Origin: Lingula anatina
Taxonomy: Eukaryota; Animalia; Brachiopoda
DNA: 64,000 bases
Assembly (NCBI GenBank): GCA_051362555.1
Contig: CM120640.1
Location: 59,126,788 to 59,190,787, forward strand
Direction: 5' to 3'
Each line of letters starts with the position of its first letter. Position 1 is the first letter of the stretch. Of this stretch, positions 1 to 12,700 are shown piece after piece. The translations under genes and the position numbers were made by a program. Under the pieces are notes generated by a model. It saw only the letters and a list, made by a program, of their open reading frames with translations, had not been told where the DNA came from and made no database searches.

Positions 1-279
1 CATATTCAAATATATCCACAGTTCTTTATTTAACCCATCTGTAAAAGCAATACTTATATGAATTTACATTTTGTTCAGTGATTTCCCAGTCTTGTATATT
101 TCCCACCACTCTAACCCCAACAGTTGAAGAGCAATTACCTAAACAATGAGAATGCACAAATGGAAGTTTGGAACAATCATGTAAAATTAGTCTAGGGAAG
201 TCCCTTCACGGTCATGTAAAGATAGTAAATTCTGTTTTGGATATGCTGGTGATAGCGTCTAAATTCTCATCTGGAAACT

Positions 280-3200
280 TCAATAGAGTGCTTCAAAATT
301 TTCAAACTGGTGGTCTCTTCCATAGTTAATATGTCCACTTATCCAAAGTAACACAAAAAGATGTATCTGGATAAACATCAGAGAACAATCAGAAATGTGC
401 TGGTACTTGATGGAAATAACTAAGTTGCAGTATCCTGAAACACTTGGTTTTAAATTTTGAACATTTCCTTCATGTTGAAACATGAGGCAAAAATACAACT
501 AAATGACACATACCGTTAATTTTTGTTCAGGACACATAAAAGATTGTTCAGATACCAATCAATGTTAGAGGTTATATAATCAATAACACACATACATACA
601 CTAACACACGCAATACACATATACATTATAGGAGCAATGAATCTGATTTTTTTTTTTTGGGGGGGGGGGGCAGCACAAAAACCTTATGATATTGTGATTT
701 AAGAATTTTCTTGAAAACAACAAAAATTTCAGTGAAATCACTCAGATCACTTTCATAAGTTGGTTGTTATGACATTAACCACTCATGAATTCAAAATAAC
801 TAGTCTTCCACATACTATCAATCATAACGTGGAAATGATCATGCTAAAAATTACAGAGCAAAGGAGTACAAAATTAATTCAAGACATTGGATTCCCCTGC
901 CATTTTTTTATTATTCTTTCTGATACAGTGCACAAATGCTGCAAGAAAAAGTTGTTTCAGCATACCTGCATGTGTTGAAAGTGATAGTATGTGGTGTATT
1001 CTATATATCATGACAGGTGCAAGATAGGCTAAAATAACACCTTTTCTATCTGCTGTCTCAGCAGGTTGGCAAACCACTTCATTCTCTTGTTCTGATTCCG
1101 TGCACTTATACTGAAACAAGCACAAAATAACAACCTTGATATTGGTTTTATGTAAACTCTTCGATCTAAAAGATCGATATAAAGATGAACAATATTTATA
1201 AAGATGAACATCCGCTTATTTCTAATGGCCCAATACATGGGCTATACAGGACATCCTTGTTTCCTTCTGCTTTTGGTAAAAAACTCTCACAGATTGAAGA
1301 TAGCATGGTTTTCAACATCATCATCATCATCTAAGTTTATACTTGTACATGTGCTTGAGTAGGGGTTGGGTTGGGGTGGGGGTGTGGGTGGGGAGAGAAG
1401 AAGACGAGCCTTGGCATAAATGCAGTTGAAAGTTATGAGATGGGACATTCAAAATTAAGTCCATCAAAAAATAAGATTTCCAAATTACAGAATAACATGG
1501 ATTTGCAGATTGAATTCAACCCCTTTAGCTACACATCAGTCGTTTATATGCTAAGCACAAGTTCAAGTTATGTCTTATATTTGGGTGAACTCTGGAAAAT
1601 GAATTCCAAGTGTTTCTGCAGCCCAGTTTCTGCACTTTGTGTGTGTGCATCCTTTCATTTACAAAATGTCAAATGCAGTGTATGTGAAATAGCTAGGATA
1701 GGGGTTCTGCAACATAAGTAGGTGGTGTTAAGTTCTGTCCTAACTTCACTGTTTCATGTGCAAATTTTACAGAATGGGCCCTCTTACTCTGTGTAATCTC
1801 TTAAGCGGTCCTGGAGACAGTTTTAAGAACTAACATTACATTAATGACTGCAATGTCTATATAATATCACATTAAGAGTATAGGGTTCAATCAATACCTA
1901 GGGTTTTTATTTCATAAGCCACAGCTGGAGATACCTAACATCATTACTGTCTACCCAAACTGTCCGACTGCATTTCTTGTTTGAAACTGTTAAAAAATTG
2001 ATCCAAATTCGGATATTGTGTGATAACAGAAGTAACATATAAAAGTACATCATGTACTACAGGATTAACTGAAGTATTTAAACTTATAGATTATTAAGTA
2101 TATAGATCTATTTTGGCAAACTTATGAATTTTTTTTTTTTTTTTTTTTTTGGAGGGGGGGGTTTAATCAATTTTTTTAACCATTGGCAAAAAAAGATCAA
2201 AAGCTACTAATGTAAGAATTAAGAAATAATCTATTACGTTTTTTCTTCTTGGTGCCTATGTGCCTCTTGAAAAATGCCTATACTAACCATGGAGATGACA
2301 GGTGCTCTTTTCCTGTAAACCAGAACAGTTTCAATTCTCCTGTTTACTTCTGAGCAACTTGAACTGACTGAGGTAGAAAATTACATGGCTAATTTAATGG
2401 ACAACTAATACAGTCTGAGCTTCTTATTTTTCAGTCCCTTCTATTTTTTTCTTTCTGTTCATGCAGTGAAGCAATTACCAGCAAAAATGTCATTTTATTT
2501 TCATAATGTGTTTTTAAGCTAGAATAACCTGTGTAGACTAAAAGCCATGAGAAATCATCATCAGGCAGTGATTAGTTCCACTACATGCAAACTCCATGTT
2601 TATAACTCATTAATTCTATCATCTTTACCTTCTCATGCCAAATCTTTGCTTTTCAACAACAGATTATTACTAAAAAAAATCATAAGGATACATCTTAAAT
2701 GCTGTTGATCACATGCTAATGCACTCAGAAAACGTGCATGCATTCACCACGTAGATTTGGAAATGTGAAAAGCTGAATATATATATATGTTCATCGGGTT
2801 TTCTTTTAGTACTGTTATAGAGCTATTCCACAGAATTATACAAAAATATTCTGACAGCTTTCTAATATTAAAGAATAAATAAATAAAAAATAAAGGAACT
2901 TTGTCACCAGCAATTCTGAAAACAAACTCAAAAATTAACACACATACACCGTGATACATGCACATATACACAAACACTTGTACACAGCAGTCTTGATAAG
3001 TACACATTGAAAATTACCCCAAAAAAATGCATCTCATATCTCTTGGCTTATCTGTAAAAGGTGTCTTCCTAAATATGTTTGATTTGAAATATAAAGGGAT
3101 CAGGAGTCAAAAGGAATTAGAACTTCACCAATGTGTTGGCATATCATTGGATGCCATCCACTCTCAGCAGGTTGGTTGTCATGAATCGCCATGCCTCTGA

Positions 3201-4127
3201 TCTTGTGCCATTCATATGCTTTCTCTATATTTTGATTGATCCATTTCTTTATGTTTTCCATCCATGTTGTTCTTGGTTTTCCTTTCCCTTGTTTTTTTCA
3301 TTTAGAACTTGCCAAATACAAATTGAAGAGATTGTTCATAGTTAGAACCCTCAAGTTTTATACTTATGAATATTTTACCCTTAATGAATTCAACATCTTA
3401 TGCCAGTATCAGAAATGTATCCCTTGCTCCACTTACTGCTTACATGTACCTCACCATGCTTCTCTGAAAACTATTTCTTTATCTTAACTTTACAAATGAC
3501 AATTAAGCAAATCATGGGTCCATAATTAAATCAAAATCAATGCATGCATGGCAGCTTGATTAAATTGAATTTGCCTAATACAGGCAATCTGAAAGTTTAT
3601 ATTCTTTCAAACACACTTTAACAGACCATGACAGACTACTGTGTGTCAACAGCTGATAGTGACATCAAGTACTCTGGTCGAGACATTTTCGACATGGCCC
3701 TAGTACGACAGATGTTATATGGCACCCCAAAATACTCATGAGTCAAGAAGACTTTCACCTGTCACCAAAAAAGTTTAATTCCAACATCGTTTTTCTCTGG
3801 TCATGACCCAAGACACTGCTTTTCGACCTTCATGCTCTAAGTAACACATTCACATGCCAACTATACATCGCATGCTACCTAGAGTAGAACTCGCTGAGAA
3901 CCAACTTCATTTGGGATAGAAATACATGTAGTACTACGAAAAGTTCGGTGAAACTTTATAAAGTTAGTGTGTCAAAACCACTCACCAGAACTTGGCTACA
4001 TCCTTCTGTACATTGTTGCTTAACTTGTTCATCACCACTAGTTCGCTGAATAAAATAAATTACAGTAAATGTGAGTGGAAAAACTAAAAGTTGTTTCATC
4101 GTGTCCGCAAGCACCGTAGTCTACCAT
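280..4127 (-). other. Putative spliced transcript of unknown nature (lncRNA, small protein or decayed gene)
   Basis: Series of minus-strand exon-like segments with polypyrimidine-AG and GT ends: 3986-4045, 2288-2312, 1935-1986, 966-1110, an acceptor at 434, and ATG|GT at 4125-4127. One splice path gives 123 aa (MNKLSNNVQKDVAKFWKRAPVISMYKCTESEQ...) and another 73 aa; I recognise neither. A promoter-like motif cluster lies just upstream. Confidence 0.3.
3148..3298 (-). mobile_element. Degenerate 3' end of an RTE-clade LINE
   Basis: Minus-strand translation with frameshifts reads KQGKGKPRTTWMENIKKW...MAQDQR / AWRFMTTNLLRVDGI. This resembles the RTE ORF C-terminal pattern GxRxRGRPRxxWxDxIxxW...AQDRxxWR. 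Confidence 0.6.
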
Positions 4128-4137
4128 GATTTTGTGT

Positions 4138-4194
4138 GCGGAAATCAACATAGAGGGAATCCCTGACGTCATCCCATCAGCTTTCAGTGATTGG
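4138..4194 (-). promoter_or_regulatory. Promoter-like motif cluster
   Basis: ETS-like CGGAAA (4139-4144), kB-like AGGGAATCCCT (4154-4164), perfect CRE TGACGTCA (4164-4171) and a minus-strand CCAAT (ATTGG 4190-4194), all in a locally CpG-rich patch. Confidence 0.45.
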
Positions 4195-4936
4195 GTTAAA
4201 GTGTACACAAAAATCCAGGGAGCGGCTATTCTAAGTTTGTCGGCTGAAGACCCTCTGCAGTATTAGGGAGGGGTTATTATATGTTTTTATTTTGTACCAA
4301 AATATGTAAAACATTATACATGCAGGTTTGTGTTTTCAAGTATGAATAGAACATGTCAATATTTCTAACATTGCAGGGGAACCGATGCTCGTGGCGGTAC
4401 ACCGGTAGCATTAAAGAAAACGAATTTTTATCCAAAAGGTATTCCAATCTGTGAAATATTGGGGTTATCTTTTATCATTTCATTTTATTTTTCATTGGAA
4501 TTTAACCCATCTTGTTAAAAAAAATTAGAGATGTAGGTTTATTTAAGGGTAGATTCTTAAAAGTGAACACAACAAAATCAGATTTTGCTGAACAGAACAG
4601 GACTAGTACCACAATTTTCATGTACCTGGTATGAGAAGGAGTTGGTGACAGTAATGGGAGATTTTACCCTGGAAACAGAGATAGAAATTGACAGTTGCAT
4701 TTTTTTTAATCAGCATGCAAACAAAAGGGAAGCTATGTGTGTTTGTGTGTGTTGGGGGAGGGGGGGCGCATGCATTCTAGAACTACATGTACCTGTACCA
4801 TCCATAATATAGCAGGACTATTATAATAAATGACAGGGCAGGTGAAAAGTAATACATAATTTATATTGATATTTTGATAACTAATATTTCTTCTCCAAGT
4901 TTTCCAGTGTTATTTTCCTTTTTGTGAGCTTTAGCA

Positions 4937-5118
4937 TGGGGTTCAAGGCTTGCTGAAGGGCCCCTAAAATTATTGGTATTTTAGAGGGTGAATGGTGCCA
5001 TTTGGTACGGTTTAAATCTATGCCTCAGCTAATCAAAATTATAATTTCAAGAGGGGACCAGAAATCGAAGGAGGTGGGGGGTCAGGACCCCCCTGACCTC
5101 CCTCTAAATCTCCCACTG
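4937..5118 (+). mobile_element. 3' half of a CAGGGGCGGATC-type MITE
   Basis: Aligns by eye with 51940-52132 (shared GGTGCCATTTGGTACG, TCAGCTARTCAAAATT, CAGAAATCGAAGG and GGGGGGTCAGGACCCC). Confidence 0.7.
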
Positions 5119-5931
5119 TACAGTACTAGTAATCTACAGTACTTGGATCTTTTCGATCTCCATTACCAGCCTATCTCATTCAATAAGAAGTGTATGCTAG
5201 CTTTGTATAGGTATACAGTAAGTGACTGTGAGTATTCTCAAGTTCATGGTGACTTTTAAAAATTGTCCCATCTGCGCTGGTGCAGATTAACTCCCATTTT
5301 TAAAAGGTTACTTATTCCCATGCTGACACTCCAACCTCCAATAATAGTGGTACACAACACTTAAAGGAGCTAGTCGTAACACAGTGCAAGGTGCTATCAA
5401 GTTAATCAATACCCACAAATACACAGGACATATTCCCAGGGACTTGGCCAATGTAGATCTACCCTAAACCAGTACATTTATTGGGATATACGTAATTGCT
5501 GGATTCAGGACACGAAAAAAGGGAAAAAATAATCCTTTATTCTGCCTATTGCATAAATATCATCAAAATGGCTCTATAGGCCCCATGCTTTGTCGTTTTC
5601 CTTCTTTTTTTCCCCCTTTTTTTTTTGGGGGGGGGGAGGGGCACTTAGCTACAGTTAATTATACTCAGTGAATTAAAAATATCCAAAGAACCCAAGAATT
5701 ACAATTTTATTCCAGTATCTTCCACTTCCCAGGAGCTGTTTTCAGTTTTTCTCATTGTATTTTTAATTACAATTAAAATTCAGAGTTTTTCTCACTCAGT
5801 TTTTACCAACAAGGATCTATATTATAATAGATCAGCCAAAGTCTCCTTTTCACGTTTTTCCCAAACTACAATGATCTGTTGACAACTTGCAGGTGTTAGC
5901 AATACCTTAGGGCAGTGGGAAGATGGTGGCC

Positions 5932-6075
5932 TACCCTCTACCAGGGTGGCAGATTATATAGGGAAAAATGGGAAAATCCAGAGATAGTAAAAGAATCGTC
6001 TATTTATCTAAAGACATACTCAGTATCTGTAAATATCCTGTGAAAATTCAATCTCTGCGGCCCTGGTAGAGGGTA
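5932..6075. mobile_element. 144-bp MITE with TIRs and a 9-bp TSD
   Basis: Perfect 15-bp TIR TACCCTCTACCAGGG (5932-5946) / CCCTGGTAGAGGGTA (6061-6075). Flanks are ATGGTGGCC (5923-5931) and ATGGTGTCC (6076-6084), 8/9 identical. Confidence 0.75.
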
Positions 6076-6264
6076 ATGGTGTCCATAGTTTGAATTTGAT
6101 TATAACAGTTAGTATATTAGTATATTTTTTATATTATTATATTAGTATATTTTGAAGGTATTTTCTAGACTTCAGCAATTTCCGTACAGCTTTGGCATGT
6201 GTGGCAGGTATCATATACGGTACTATTGTCAATAACACCACATCAGATGGCAGGATTTGCTTCG

Positions 6265-6330
6265 GCTTGTCGCGTGGAAATTAACGTCCTTGGCTGCCAA
6301 ACACGGCGGAGTGGGTTCGATTCTCACTCA
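6265..6330 (+). repeat. tRNA-derived (SINE-head-like) fragment
   Basis: B-box/T-arm hairpin GAGTGGG-TTCGATT-CTCACTC (6309-6329), preceded by a CTGCCAA anticodon-loop-like heptamer. No complete cloverleaf. Confidence 0.35.
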
Positions 6331-6701
6331 ATTTTTTCTTTAAAAAAAAAAAATCCCACTTCATGGTTCAATGATTGATGTGACGGGTATCAGCTAGTGA
6401 AAAAGATTGTGCTGAAGCGCACTGCAAATAGAGATGGAAAACACAGTCAGTGGCATTTCTCGCATCACTCCTAACACAATTTGTGTTGAACTCGGAATCG
6501 TAATTCCGGAAGAATTCGACGTTGAAATATTAGAAATAAAGACCATCATAATATTTTTACTTGGCTAAATTTTAGATTTTCTCGAATAATCTAAGTGCTA
6601 TTTGTATTTTATCTAAATGCTGCACGAGAACAAACATGTAAAATTGATAATGACCACAAATGTAAATAGTAAACAATAGCTCTGCATGACACATAACAAA
6701 G

Positions 6702-9700
6702 ATGGCGGCATCTACGCTGTCATTCCGGTGGCTAGAGATTTTGGAGAAAGAGTTTGACAAAGCTTTTGTAGATCTGGATCTGTTACTGGGAGATATTGAC
6801 CCTGACCAAGCAGATCTCACCTTTGATGGTCGACAGAAAATGACCGCTCTCAGCGCAGCATTTGCACAGCTCTGTCACAAGGCGCAGACTATTTTCCAGA
6901 CCAATGCGAAATTGGAGGTTTGTTGTGCTAATGAAATTTTGAAAATATCTTTGACTAATAACTTTCAACATTTGTCATTTCTGCCTTCAAAGTCCCCAAA
7001 AATGTTATAAAAGATGAAAGAAACATATTGGGAAAGGCCGATTTGTAGATTCCACTCAGTGGGTAATTGGGAATCCCCATTCTTTTGTGTCTACTGCTAG
7101 TAGTGCATGTGTCATTGTGTGTTTGTTTAATGTAATAACATTGTGGATTTTGTTATATAGTCAGATGGCGCAAAAACTCTGAAAGTATTGCAAGCTCAAG
7201 GGCCTCAGCCGCCTGTTGAAATTTACAGTAGATATTTTAGCCCCCCTTTTTTGAGACAATTAATCCATGATAGGATGCAGCTTACCCGTTTTTCCTTCAC
7301 TTAAAATGACAAGGCATGTTTGAACCACTGCAGGTATGAAATCCAGGGGAAAAAAGATGAAGCATATCAGTAGCTGAAAAAAAATTATATATGTATATAC
7401 ACACGCACAATTCATACACTTCATAGGAGGGTCAGGCCTACCCAACTACCAGACTTGGCACCGAATGAGTTTGCTGTCCACTTTTGAGTCAATAAATGCT
7501 AAAATTTCATCAAAATTGCTGGCCAGACTTCACTTATGCTTGATTTTGATTAGGAGAGAAGCTTTGTGATGTCTGTATAATAAAACAGCAATTTTTTTTA
7601 ACAGTAGATTTAAATCCCAATAATTTATCAGCCTCCAGGTAATGCTACTTCCCTAGTATATTTTTATATAAAACTAGTTCCCATGCTTACAACTGAAAGC
7701 AAGATGGTAATTGTCTGTAATTTCTGCATGTAGTCGGAATCAGATGTTCTCACTTCCTTTCCCTTTAACCCTCATGAGGCATACACTGCTGATTGAAAGC
7801 CAAGTTTTTTTTTACTGGTATATAAAAATTTAATTGGCATGAGTACTGTTAAAAATAGCTATACACCTTGAAAATAAAGGAGTAAATAGTACAAGCATAA
7901 AGGAGACATGAATGATCAGTTGTCTAAAGTTTAGGCTCAGGGGTGTATAGGGTGAACAGTGGTTGATTTTTTTGTATGATTTAAATTTTTATACAAATCA
8001 TTTTCCAGCAATGCTTTATATATATAAAGTGATTGTCTGTATGATCTTATGGTTATTTGTCATGTTTCTCCTTGAATATGATTGTTATCTGTAATTCAAC
8101 TTGTTGGTCATTAACCAAATGAATATCAATATTGTTTTTGGTGGGGTTGAAAGTTTCAACTGATTGTCAAATTTGGGTTCATTTGTGTCTTGTCTTGTAA
8201 TATTTGGAGAGCTCTTTGGAAATGGATTTCAAATATTTCAGGAATGGAAAAAAAAACAACCTCTTCTGTCTGTTTAGTTTACATCTACTTATTAAAATAT
8301 ATGAACAAAAGGCAGATTAAGATAATATAAAGGTGAAAATTATGGTTTCCAGGTAGCAACAGATTAGCTACTAGTATTAGGTGTTTATTTTTTAAATTTT
8401 ATGTATTCTACAATTTTGATAATTAAAGATATTCAGTGAAATAATGGTTCTTTAAACCATAGAAGTAGAGAAAGCTTCTATGCTTAAACACAGGTTATAC
8501 TTTTATTCAGAAGAAATTAAGGAATGATTATTGTACCCATGTCAAATTTCGCCTGAAAACTAGGGTATTTTTCCATAACATGTCAGATGAGCATACTTGC
8601 TGACATGCATTCATCAGACATAGGCCGATGTCTTCAGAGAATAGCTATAGAGTTTTAATGACTTTTTCAGGCTTAAACTGTCTTCAGTATATCGATTTTC
8701 TTTCACATCTGAACTCATCACAGAGTGATTTTGTTGCAGTGTGGTTGAATTGGCAGGCATTTTTATGACTGTGCTGCTCATGAAGACTGAATAACACAAG
8801 AAAAATGTTACATATCTTAATGTAACTTTGGCATTTTATAATGAGTTTTGGGAAGAATTAAAAAAAAAAAAAAACGGCTGTCACTCAATGGTACTTGTTA
8901 CAGATGTTGGTCTTTCTCAGTTATTCTCATTTTTAAATATTGATGTGTTAATTGTAATTAAGCAATAAATGCGTCTGCCATAAAGTGAATGTTATTAATA
9001 ACAGATGTTATGCTAATACTTGGACTAAACTGAATATGGCACTTTCACGAACACTGAAAGACTTGATTTATGTATTTATATATAATATGTATATGTGAAT
9101 CATCTTTCAAAATTGAATTACAGGTCAAAAATGACCTCCATGTGTTTTGTCTATTCTGCAAGGAATATAGTGTCCAATCTTTCCCTTTAGCCATTTCATG
9201 GAGTGGTGCCATTTGTAATTTGTGTATTGTGGTCGATTTATCACGACTAATCTTTTTTCACAGAAATCAATATTGCCTCGTGGGTACACTAAACACTCTT
9301 GATTATTGGAAAATGATTACGTTTATGCCAAGTCAATTTCACTGTTGAAGCAGATAGTTTAGTCAATGCCCTTTTTTTCTTTTTGCTCAAGTTACATTTT
9401 TGTATATCACAAAGCAACTTAGATTGATAGAAAGCTTACATCCTTAGTAAGTTTAGCTGAGACTGAATTTTGACTTAAGATTTTGTTCATGAATAAGGAC
9501 CAAAATCTCTGAAGAAATTATGGTTTTCGTGCAATTATCATTCATTTTTGCAACCAAGATGCAATGCAAATGTGATCCATATTCTCTGCTCATTGGTATT
9601 ATCCTTGCATATTAAATATTTACCATCATTGGTATGAAATACTAGTATTTAATTTTAGTTTGGGCAAATGAACCGCTTTTTCTTTTCTATTTTAAATTTT

Positions 9701-12700
9701 ATTTATTTATTTTCAGCTAATTGGTCTTATTCGTAGGATCAAATTTTCTACCCTAGAAGCCAAATTAGATACTTTGAAAGGCAAAAAAAAAAAAAAAAAA
9801 AAAAAAAAAACTGTAGCTTGTGATCCTGCACCAGGAAAAGATAGGTCTCTGTTCTTTGGAAAAAACAGATCATACGAAGTTGTAATCAGTCATCAGCTGG
9901 CTTATTTGTCTCTCTCGGGGAAACTTTGTTTGCCAGCTGGTGAGCTGGGTTGCCAGTAAGTTCTCTGTATTAAGGATAACTCAGTTATAAACCCTAATAG
10001 AAAAATTATTCTGATACCATAGCTTATATTAATAATATGAACTATGAAAGGTGGTCTTTGATATAAAAGGAAAAATGTTTTCTCTTAGAAAAAGAGAGAA
10101 TTGCTTTTGAATTGAATCAAAGCAGTGATAAAACTGAAGCTATGAAATTACAAAATAGGTTAAATTTTTCAGATCAGTAAAAAATTTCAAAAGTTAGAAA
10201 AGTAACGCCGTCAACCATTTATGTTAGAATTGTCTTTGGAGCTGTGTGATGCAAAAAAATAAAACTATAAAATCTCATACAAAACTAACAGAAGCAAGAA
10301 CAGTGTCCTTTTAGCATATTATAATAGTAATACAATCCAGTGAGATGAACACCTAATTTGAAGAATATGATATAGTGGTTTACACGTGATGTGATGTTGT
10401 AATTAAATAGTTTTGCACACACATTGCAATTGCTTGTTGTGGTAAGTTCTGATTTTATTTGTGCTTTATATTCTTTAACAGACATGATCAGGGGCAGATT
10501 GTGGCCATCTTCTGGGTCTTCCGAGTCTTTCAACTTTACATTGATGGGTATCTAATTTTTTTTTGTCAGAAGACGGTCAAAAACAGAGGGTAGGTCAACA
10601 AAGAATATAGTTAGAATATTGTCAGATTATATCTCTGTATCTGCCCCTGATGGTGATATCCTTATCATTTCTATAGGCCCAGCTATTAGACATGAGATCG
10701 GAAATGTGTGAAGTACGTGCATCTAGGAGTATCATGGAACGTGAAGTACACAACACCTTGCTACAGCTCCATGCTGCACAACTACAGCTACACAAGCAAG
10801 CTGGGCATGAGTTTGATTCTGAGGCGATCAAGAAAAAATTAGTGAGTTCATGAATATGAAGTGATTTTTATGTACAGACACAGATGTGTCTGTACATATT
10901 GCCATCACCTGCGTCTGTCGTCGCCGTCGCCGATGCCGATGCCGTCGCCGATGCTGTGCACTTTCCTTGTAAACACGATAAGTGGAGGACAGTTTTACTT
11001 TTTGGCTTTATATTTACAGAGCTGATGAATATTCATAAAACGCAGGTCAAGTTCGAAAATCAGCATGATCGGGCCATTATTGTAGAAGTTATGCTGTTTT
11101 TTCTTTTTTCAGCATATATGCAACCCTGTAAACACATTTTAAGGAAATCCGTTAGGCCTGTTGTCATGAAACTCACAGGAGTAATCAATCTTACTAAAAC
11201 GCAGGTCAAGTTCATAAATCGGCATGATCGGGCCACTATTTTAGTAGTTATGCTGTTTTTTCATTTTTCAGCATATATGCAACACTGTAAACACAATATA
11301 AGAAAAACAGATAGGCCAATTGTCATTAAACTCACAGGAGTGGGCAATCTTACTAAAACACAGGTTGAGTTCGAAAATCAGCATAATTGGGCCATTATTT
11401 TAGAAGTTATGCTGTTTTTTCACATTTCCTCAAATTCAACTCTTAGGCATATTAACAGTCTCATTATTGAACTAATAAGATACATAAAAGTGTTTGTTTG
11501 ACATTTCCTGCATGTTTACAACATTGTTAGTTGATTATGTAAAAATGATGGTAAACTTGTTATCATGTATTGTGTAATAAAGTGTCAAAAATGGAAATAA
11601 ACTCATATCATTGCAGTTTGTCAGATTCAATCATTCACTTTGTTCAGAATCTCAGAATGGAGGAAAATGGACATTTAACACTGTTCTTTTGATATTTTCC
11701 CCATCTCATCAATTTTCTTAGTTGATCATAAAAAAATTGCAGTAAACTGTTTATTTTGTTTTATGTTTAAATAGTGTTAAAAATGGAAATAAACCCATTT
11801 CAGAACAGTGCTGTCTTGTTCATTTTTCAGCATATATGCAACACTGTAAACACAATATAAGAAAAACAGATAGGCCAATTGTCATTAAACTCACAGGAGT
11901 GGTCAGTCTTACTAAAATGTAGGTTGAGTTCGAAAATCAGCATAATCGGGGCATTATTTTAGAATTTATGCTGTTTTTTCACATTTCCTCAGATTCAACT
12001 CTTAGGCATGTTAACAGTCTCATTATTGAACTAATAAGATATGTAAAAGTGTTTGGTTGACATTTCCTGCATCTTTACAACATTATTAGTTGATTTTGTA
12101 AAAATGATGGTAAGCTTGTTATCGTGTATTGTGTAATAAAGTTTCAAAAATGGAAATAAACTCATATCATTGCAGTTTGTCAGATTCAATCATTCACTAT
12201 GTTCAGAATCTCAGAATGGAGGAAATTGGACATTCAGCACTGTTGTATTGATATTTTTCCCATGTCATCAATTTTCTTAGTTGATCGTATAAAAATGGCA
12301 GTAACCTGTTAATTTTGTTTTATGTTAAAAAAATTGTTAAAAATAAAAAAAAAAACCCATTTCAGAACAGTGCTGTCTTGTTTACATTTTGGCATTTTCA
12401 AGTTGTGACTTTGAAGTTCCATGGGCCTGAAGACCTTTGCTAGTCACATTTTCTGAATATCCATGATACTAATATTTTATTATTAAAAATTGATGGTCAT
12501 TATGCTGTTAAACATTATGTAATATTGCATCAAAATTTGAAAAAAACCTATTTTGGGCACTGCTCCCATAATGACCATTTAAGAAAAACCATGTCACTTA
12601 CTGGTCTCAAACAATACAGTAAATATGCACAGATGTGTCTGTACATATTGCCATCACCTGCGTCTGTCGTCGCCGTCACTGTCTCTGTCGCCGACGCCAT

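Noticed and set aside
2432-2562. Possible intronic C/D-box snoRNA on the minus strand
   Set aside because: Boxes are ~130 nt apart with no terminal stem and no recognisable rRNA antisense element.
3640-3900. Possible SINE body; a similar GC-elevated stretch occurs at 15490-15915
   Set aside because: Composition suggests an old repeat, but I could not identify A/B boxes, a tail or a second copy. Needs a Dfam search.
6265-6330. Functional tRNA-Gly gene
   Set aside because: Only the T-arm/B-box is convincing; acceptor and D stems cannot be formed.
10884-11501. 205-aa ORF with 53-aa repeats
   Set aside because: A by-product of 159-bp (multiple of 3) repeat units inside an intronic element; the frame is not kept in the duplicated copies.
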